DNA of 44,365 nucleotides from Candidatus Methanophagaceae archaeon GoMg2 (GTDB lineage Archaea; Halobacteriota; Syntropharchaeia; Alkanophagales; Methanospirareceae): NCBI GenBank assembly GCA_013180585.1, contig QBUM01000249.1, positions 1 to 44,365 of the forward strand, read 5' to 3'. Shown piece by piece: positions 38,815 to 44,365 of this stretch (position 1 is its first letter; each line of letters starts with the position of its first letter). The notes under the pieces were generated by a model. It saw only the letters and a program-made list of their open reading frames with translations, ran no database searches and was not told where the DNA came from. The position numbers and the translations under genes were made by a program.

Positions 38815-39204
38815 ATGGAATATAATATCTTGCTTGTGGAGGATGAAGAAGAGTTTCACAATTTACTGCCACTTTATCTGGCGAGGAACAAGAAGCATAC
38901 GTTCACCGTGCATTCTGCTCGGTCTGGCGAGGCGGGAGTTGAGCTGTACAGTAAACTGACAAACGGAGGTAAGAAGCCGGACCTCGTGCTTATGGACATC
39001 AAGATGTCGGTGATGAACGGTATGGAAGCAACCAAAAGAATAATGGCTAACGACCCGGCTGCAAACATTTACCTGTTCACCGCCTACGCCAAAACAGGAG
39101 TAGAACGAAATGCGCTCAACACGGGTGCAAAAGGTACACTAAGCAAGGACGCAGACTGGACCAAGATAGTAGAAGAGATAGTGAATATTCTGGAATCCGC
39201 TTGA
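38815..39204 (+). CDS. Single-domain response regulator
   Basis: LLVEDE, DLVLMD, FTAY, GTLSK. Confidence 0.9.
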   Translation: MEYNILLVEDEEEFHNLLPLYLARNKKHTFTVHSARSGEAGVELYSKLTNGGKKPDLVLMDIKMSVMNGMEATKRIMANDPAANIYLFTAYAKTGVERNALNTGAKGTLSKDADWTKIVEEIVNILESA

Positions 39205-39386
39205 TAAGGAAGGGCAAACACGTTAAATTTTATCTTCCAGAAGTGTGATAAAATAATTTCCCTTTTTAATAATTTAGTTATAAATATTCATCATTTTTCT
39301 TATAATGTCCGAAAGATTTAACAACACATCATAATAATACTGTATTAGACAAGTTTAGTCTGAAACAAACAGGAGGTGACATAAAA

Positions 39387-39824
39387 ATGAAAAAACTAAT
39401 TGCATTCGGAATCGTGGCAATACTGCTGGCAGGACTAACAGGGGTGGTAATGGCAAGATGCGTGTGGACTGAAGAAGAACCAATAATGCTCAGTGACGTT
39501 ACGTTTATACTGAGACCCGCAGTAGACGGTGACGGAAATCCCCTATACGATGCAGATGACGTTACTAAAGTAGTGTTGGTAAAGCTTAACGATGAGAAGT
39601 TAGACAAAAAGGCACGTATCAGGGGCAAAAATCTTGAGGTTGTCGAAAATGAAAACGCAAACGTCTTGAAGTTCGATATAAAGAGACATAAATTGGCAAA
39701 ACAAGTAGATCAGTTAGGCATTGGCCTTCCGTCTAATGTCAGCTTTACATTTAAAGTGGTAGTTGTGGACGGTGAGGGCAAAGGAAAATATTTCGACCAC
39801 GCACATGATATACCTGTCGCGTAG
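39387..39824 (+). CDS. Secreted hypothetical protein
   Basis: aggaggtga RBS; MKK + hydrophobic signal peptide ending VMA. Confidence 0.8.
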   Translation: MKKLIAFGIVAILLAGLTGVVMARCVWTEEEPIMLSDVTFILRPAVDGDGNPLYDADDVTKVVLVKLNDEKLDKKARIRGKNLEVVENENANVLKFDIKRHKLAKQVDQLGIGLPSNVSFTFKVVVVDGEGKGKYFDHAHDIPVA

Positions 39825-39845
39825 TAAATGACAAATAAGTAAGCT

Positions 39846-39886
39846 GCACCGGGTTAAAAGCTAACGCCCGGTGCTTTTTCTTTTTT
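39846..39886 (+). terminator. Hairpin plus T-tract between convergent genes
   Basis: gcaccggg ... cccggtgc followed by tttttctttttt. Confidence 0.65.
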
Positions 39887-39922
39887 ATATGGGGATTTAG
39901 TGGTATATGGCCTTGGTTTTTT

Positions 39923-40288
39923 TCAGTGCAGTGCCTTTTCAATTCCAGCAAACAAAACATCCATGGGTGCAGGTTTTTGTAAGAAGCCAACGGCGCCTAT
40001 TTCCAGTGCTTTCTCCTTTACAGAAACATCAGCGCTGGCAAACAATATTCTCGCATTTTCATCCAATTCGAGTATTTCCATGGTTGCTTCTATTCCGTTC
40101 TTGAGTGGCATTCTATGGTCCATGATGACTAAATCCGGCTTTTTGGTGAATTTTTTGTATTTCTCTATTGCATTCTGTCCATCTGTTGCAGTATCTAAAA
40201 TGCGGTAGCCATTATTACGTTCTATCATCATCCTGAATAGTACCAGTATATTTGGGTCATCCTCAACAAGAAATATTGTATCTGTCAT
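39923..40288 (-). CDS. Single-domain response regulator
   Basis: FLVEDD, LVIMDHRMP..NG, FASAD, FLQKP. Confidence 0.92.
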   Translation of the reverse strand: MTDTIFLVEDDPNILVLFRMMIERNNGYRILDTATDGQNAIEKYKKFTKKPDLVIMDHRMPLKNGIEATMEILELDENARILFASADVSVKEKALEIGAVGFLQKPAPMDVLFAGIEKALH

Positions 40289-41394
40289 CGGATTTCCGCC
40301 CTCCCTTTAGGAACAATCACATTAAAGACACTTCCCTGCGTATAGTCTCCCTTTATCAGGTCTTCCACCCAAACTTCCCCACCACATCGGTTTATAAGCG
40401 TTTTCACCAAATACAAACCGATCCCGCTTCCTTTTATAGATTGCTGCCCTCTAATGAAACGTCCGAAGATTGCTTCTTTCACTTCGTCTGGGACTCCTCT
40501 CCCTCTGTCTCCGACACTTATCCTATAAAATTCTTTACCATTTCTTGAATAATCATCAACACCGATGTCAATCGCGACTTTTTTAGATGGCGTAAATTTT
40601 ATCGCATTATCCAGAATATTGCTGAATATGTTGCTTGCTAAGGAATTAGCAAGGATGTATTGGCTTTCTGCAGAAGGATTATAGATTATAGTGACTTCTT
40701 TATCTTTATGGCTTGCTTTGGCTGAGTCAATGCACTCCGTTAGTATCGCCGTTAAATCCATGACTTTTAGTTCAGGTTCAGTTTCCTGAACCTGTTTCAG
40801 TTTTCTCACGTCCTCAATTAGTTTTGCACTTCTTTTAACCGCAGATAACGCTTTTTCTATGTACTCTTTTTGTTCGTCGCTACGACTCGATTCCAATAGT
40901 AGATTAAGATAGCCCATTGTTGTTTGATTTATATTATTTATGTCGTGTGCCATCAGGTCGTTATAAAATTCCGCTATCTGTTTCAACAAGAATACTTCTT
41001 GCTCTAACCTGTTCTTCTCAAGCCCTCTCTCAATGATTCTTTTCAGGTCTTCCACCTGGTACGGTTTTGGCATATAATCGTAGCAACCTTTCCCTATCGC
41101 CTCTATTGCCGTATCTAAAGAGGGATAGCCTGTGATGACTATTCCAATCGTGTATGGATCGACTTTTTTTGCTTCCTCTATTACCTCTATACCATCTTTC
41201 CCTGGCATCTTCAGATCTGCTAATATCACGTCAAAAATCTGCTTCTTCAATATATCCAGTGCAGCCAATCCATCTTCCGCTGTCGTCACCTTGTACCCTT
41301 CTTCTTCCAGTATCGCTTTGGTGGTGACCCGAAAAGAATGTTCATCATCCACTATGAGTATCTTTTCTCTCATTTTCTTCTCCATTTTTTTCAA
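40285..41394 (-). CDS. Hybrid receiver-histidine kinase (true start may be 41373 or 41385)
   Basis: ILIVDDE/ADLKMPG receiver; AHDINN H-box, NILDNAIKF, DRGRGV, GSGIGL. Confidence 0.93.
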   Translation of the reverse strand: MKKMEKKMREKILIVDDEHSFRVTTKAILEEEGYKVTTAEDGLAALDILKKQIFDVILADLKMPGKDGIEVIEEAKKVDPYTIGIVITGYPSLDTAIEAIGKGCYDYMPKPYQVEDLKRIIERGLEKNRLEQEVFLLKQIAEFYNDLMAHDINNINQTTMGYLNLLLESSRSDEQKEYIEKALSAVKRSAKLIEDVRKLKQVQETEPELKVMDLTAILTECIDSAKASHKDKEVTIIYNPSAESQYILANSLASNIFSNILDNAIKFTPSKKVAIDIGVDDYSRNGKEFYRISVGDRGRGVPDEVKEAIFGRFIRGQQSIKGSGIGLYLVKTLINRCGGEVWVEDLIKGDYTQGSVFNVIVPKGRAEIR

Positions 41395-42694
41395 CTATAG
41401 GTAGTATTATATTAAATGTTGTGCCTCTTCCCACTTTGCTTCTTACTTCTATTATACCCTTATATCTCTTTATTATTCCATAAGATACGGACAAACCCAG
41501 TCCAGTACCCTTACCACCTTTCTTTGTGGTGAAAAAAGGGTCAAATATCTTATCTATCTCTTCCTCAGGTATCCCACGACCAGTATCGGTAAATTCTATT
41601 ATAACTTCTGGCGATCCTGCAGGGTGAGAATAAGTTTTTATTGTTAATTCTCCACCTTCGGGCATTGCCTCCACTGCATTCAGTATTAGATTCAGGAACA
41701 CCTGCTTGAGATGTTCTGAAGAAGCCATAACCGCTGGCAGTTTCGGATTAAAATCTTTAATTACTCGCACGCTCCGATTGGCGAATTGCTTTTTCACGAT
41801 TTCCAATATGTCATCAAGCGGAAAATTTACGTTTGTCGGTGCTAGTATCTCTTTTTGGGGACGATATAAATCCAAGAGCCTCCGGACAATCCCGGAAATA
41901 CGATCTACTTCTTGCTCTGCAATCTCTAAATATTCTTTTTTATTCTCGGATACCGAATCAGACAACAAATATAGACTGTTTTTTATGCCACCCAAGGGAT
42001 TGTTTATTTCATGTGCAATATCAGCAGATAATCTACCAAGAGCCGCGAGTTTCTCTGAGTGAATTAACTGTTTCTGGGTATCTCTTAATTCTTTATTAGC
42101 CCTTGATACTTCTTTGTTAAAGGATATCAAACCATAAAAGACCAGGATAGCTATGCTTATGACGCTTATTCCAATCACCAGGCTTCCCCATATCATACTC
42201 CATACCTCAGCATAAACTTTTTCAAGAGAGAAGCCCAACCAAACCGTATGACCTCGATAGCTGGGTGTCACGACTACTTTTATTTCCTCTACGCCATATA
42301 TGTCAGTTTTTATCACTGTTTTATCTGTTTTAATAGCTCTGTCCCTGATAAGCACCCCCCGCTCTTCCACTATATTGGATAAATAAATTTCTCCAGTGGG
42401 CTTTACTATTCTGCAATATACGATATCATCGGGTTCTGCTAATTTCCTCACTATTTCCCTCTTATGCGCGGGAACGGCGTGTACTTCGGCAGACCCGATG
42501 CTCATGGCGGCTGTCTCTGCCAACATTACTTTCTCGTCAATCGCGGATTCAATCATGTACTCCCGCTCGTTAACGATTGTCAGATACGTTTGCAGACAGA
42601 TAATGAAAATCAAAAAAAAGAAAAAGACGAAAGAGAGCTTTATACGCGCTCTTCTACTTTTGCCCTTCAACATATTACTGATTTTTTCCTTCAT
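41345..42694 (-). CDS. Membrane sensor histidine kinase (NtrB-like core)
   Basis: Two TMs around an extracytoplasmic domain; EKLAALG, AHEINNPL, DTGRGI, FFTTK..GTGLGL. Confidence 0.95.
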   Translation of the reverse strand: MKEKISNMLKGKSRRARIKLSFVFFFFLIFIICLQTYLTIVNEREYMIESAIDEKVMLAETAAMSIGSAEVHAVPAHKREIVRKLAEPDDIVYCRIVKPTGEIYLSNIVEERGVLIRDRAIKTDKTVIKTDIYGVEEIKVVVTPSYRGHTVWLGFSLEKVYAEVWSMIWGSLVIGISVISIAILVFYGLISFNKEVSRANKELRDTQKQLIHSEKLAALGRLSADIAHEINNPLGGIKNSLYLLSDSVSENKKEYLEIAEQEVDRISGIVRRLLDLYRPQKEILAPTNVNFPLDDILEIVKKQFANRSVRVIKDFNPKLPAVMASSEHLKQVFLNLILNAVEAMPEGGELTIKTYSHPAGSPEVIIEFTDTGRGIPEEEIDKIFDPFFTTKKGGKGTGLGLSVSYGIIKRYKGIIEVRSKVGRGTTFNIILPIVEKNGEENERKDTHSG

Positions 42695-42700
42695 CTTAGC

Positions 42701-43657
42701 TCAATATCCGAATGCAGGAGACGAGCTGTGGTCTGCGTGCACGAGTGTTATTTTTATGTTCGCGTCCATTCCTTCTATCTTCTTTATAAACTCTTCATCC
42801 CCATAACTCCAGCGTATAAGGTTTTCTTTCGTAACCCTCCCTCCTTTATTAAACGGCACGATGGTGACAGGGGCGGTTATCCTGTCATCTAAATATTCGG
42901 CTAATTCCCACTGCGCAAGTACCACAGGGTCGTATAAATTTACTACCTTCTCTAATTCATCCACCGTGACGTGGTCCACGTGCCCATGCGTCACTAATAT
43001 CAGGTCAATATCATCGAAAGCCGTATAGTCCTTGTATTCCGCCGGGCAGTCGGGATTTGCTTCCAGCCAGGGGTCTATCAATATTCGCGTTCCGTTCACC
43101 GACTCGATGAGAAAGGATGCGTGCCCCAGCCAGAGGAATTTTATGCCCATCAATTCACGCCAGACGCCGTATTCCAGGACGACAGGCTCTGCTCTTGTTT
43201 CTCCCCTATCTCTGAATTCATTTACTCCTGCTACGAACTCGGATGCGTTTTGTGTCATCTCAGCAAAAGAATGGTAGTGATAGGGAACTACGAACTTCGG
43301 ATTTATCAGTGTCGTGGCGTATGCGGCATCTTTTGAATCCATTGTGTAAAAGTCACCAATGGGTAAAAAAGCAATGTCGGGCTTGTAGTAGTCGCCTATG
43401 ATGAATTTCATACCCGCAAAAAGACAGGTATCACCCGCAAGATAGTACGTAACCCCGTTCTCGAATACAATTATATACCCATTAGAAGTCCCGGTGTAAA
43501 TCGGTCCTTCAAATCCTACACTTTCCATTGGAACCTTAGGCTCAACTATCTCTATTTTCTCTGTAGTCGCTTGCAGAAATCCGGCAATGGAAATACCAAG
43601 CGAAACTACCGAAATCACTATAATTAATCCTATTGCTATCCATATTTTTTTATCCAT
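42701..43657 (-). CDS. Membrane-anchored, circularly permuted metallo-beta-lactamase-fold (UPF0173-like) hydrolase
   Basis: N-terminal TM; AGDT/LPIG/PYHY half precedes the WLGHAS/IDPW/THGHVDH/ADHSS half. Confidence 0.85.
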   Translation of the reverse strand: MDKKIWIAIGLIIVISVVSLGISIAGFLQATTEKIEIVEPKVPMESVGFEGPIYTGTSNGYIIVFENGVTYYLAGDTCLFAGMKFIIGDYYKPDIAFLPIGDFYTMDSKDAAYATTLINPKFVVPYHYHSFAEMTQNASEFVAGVNEFRDRGETRAEPVVLEYGVWRELMGIKFLWLGHASFLIESVNGTRILIDPWLEANPDCPAEYKDYTAFDDIDLILVTHGHVDHVTVDELEKVVNLYDPVVLAQWELAEYLDDRITAPVTIVPFNKGGRVTKENLIRWSYGDEEFIKKIEGMDANIKITLVHADHSSSPAFGY

Positions 43658-43701
43658 TTTTATGCACCTCTTTCTTAAATAAATGTTTAAGGTATAACTA
43701 T

Positions 43702-43980
43702 TTAACTTTGTTTTGTTATCTTTTCCACTCGCATCAACGGGTACTCCAGCTCAGCTTCGTATTTCAGCCTTACATGTACTTCCGCTTGTCCATACACGAC
43801 CACCACTTTTACGTCCAGCATTGCACCGCTTAACTCGCAGTATTTGAATTGGTTCGCAGCCTGACGCACCTTTTCCCGGTTTATATTCACTTCTACGGAT
43901 GCCACACCGGGCTGAAGCGCGACACTCCTTTCTATCGTCCGTTCCAGCGGTTCCCGTGTTTCCGTGCTCACGGGTGTACG
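43702..43980 (-). pseudogene. Archaeal dihydroneopterin aldolase (MptD-like), apparently 5'-truncated
   Basis: TPVS....LERTIERSVALQP, YCELSGAML, YPLM; the N-terminal GIKLGALYHQF part is not seen. Confidence 0.7.
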
Positions 43981-44103
43981 ATTGCGTGTTATTTGAGTAA
44001 CGTGATATGGTAGCCTATAAAACTCGTAATGTCAATATCTAACCCCCCTCACTTTGTATAGTATCTGACATAATTATTTAGACCATTAGCCTAAATAAAT
44101 GAC

Positions 44104-44365
44104 ATGGACTCATCCAACCCGCTTATCCAGCATATTTCGCTGGAAAAATTAAAACGTCTTATTCGAGAGGAGAAAAACAAGCACGTCTTCCAGCGTCTGT
44201 TGTTTATTCATCAGTTGTACTTAGAGGATGGTGTTGAAAAAGCTTGCAATAGAATGTGCATATCAAAGCAGACAGGGTATAACTGGTTAAACCAATGGAA
44301 CGAGCAAGGATATGAAGGCATCAACCCAAATTTTGGCGGTGGCAGACCCCCAAAGCTAACCAAAA
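44104..44365 (+). mobile_element. IS630-family transposase N-terminus (runs off the window; left end probably near 44057)
   Basis: Translated by hand: LKRLIREEK...RLLFI...ISKQTGYNWLNQWNEQGYEGINPNFGGGRPPKLT. Confidence 0.85.

Overview
Archaeal chromosomal segment, most consistent with an anaerobic methane/alkane-metabolising euryarchaeon such as ANME-1/Methanophagales (inferred from ftr, mfnB, cofC, mvhD-hdrA, DUF2117 and the repeat style). The core content is rpl15-secY, tbp, endoQ-like, hemB, rfcL, rpiA, mre11-like, cbf5, rps13-rps4-rps11-rpoD, pan, mbf1 and three tRNAs, with accessory and decayed DNA in between. Highlights: (1) a decayed integron on the minus strand (about 32.5-36.0 kb) with an unannotated IntI C-terminal remnant co-oriented with the array, an attI-like site, two attC hairpins, an OLD-family ATPase-TOPRIM cassette split by a MITE and a C_GCAxxG_C_C cassette; (2) a tandem, full-length, divergent secY paralogue; (3) a membrane-anchored, circularly permuted metallo-beta-lactamase-fold gene heading a kinase/hybrid kinase/receiver operon; (4) a Patescibacteria-style VirB2/TrbC pilin gene; (5) a bacterial-type RNase III paired with a soluble YdjM-like hydrolase; (6) several MITE families with target-site duplications, two of them reciprocally nested, plus IS1, IS1634, IS630 and group II intron remnants. 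All calls come from reading motifs by eye; no searches were run.
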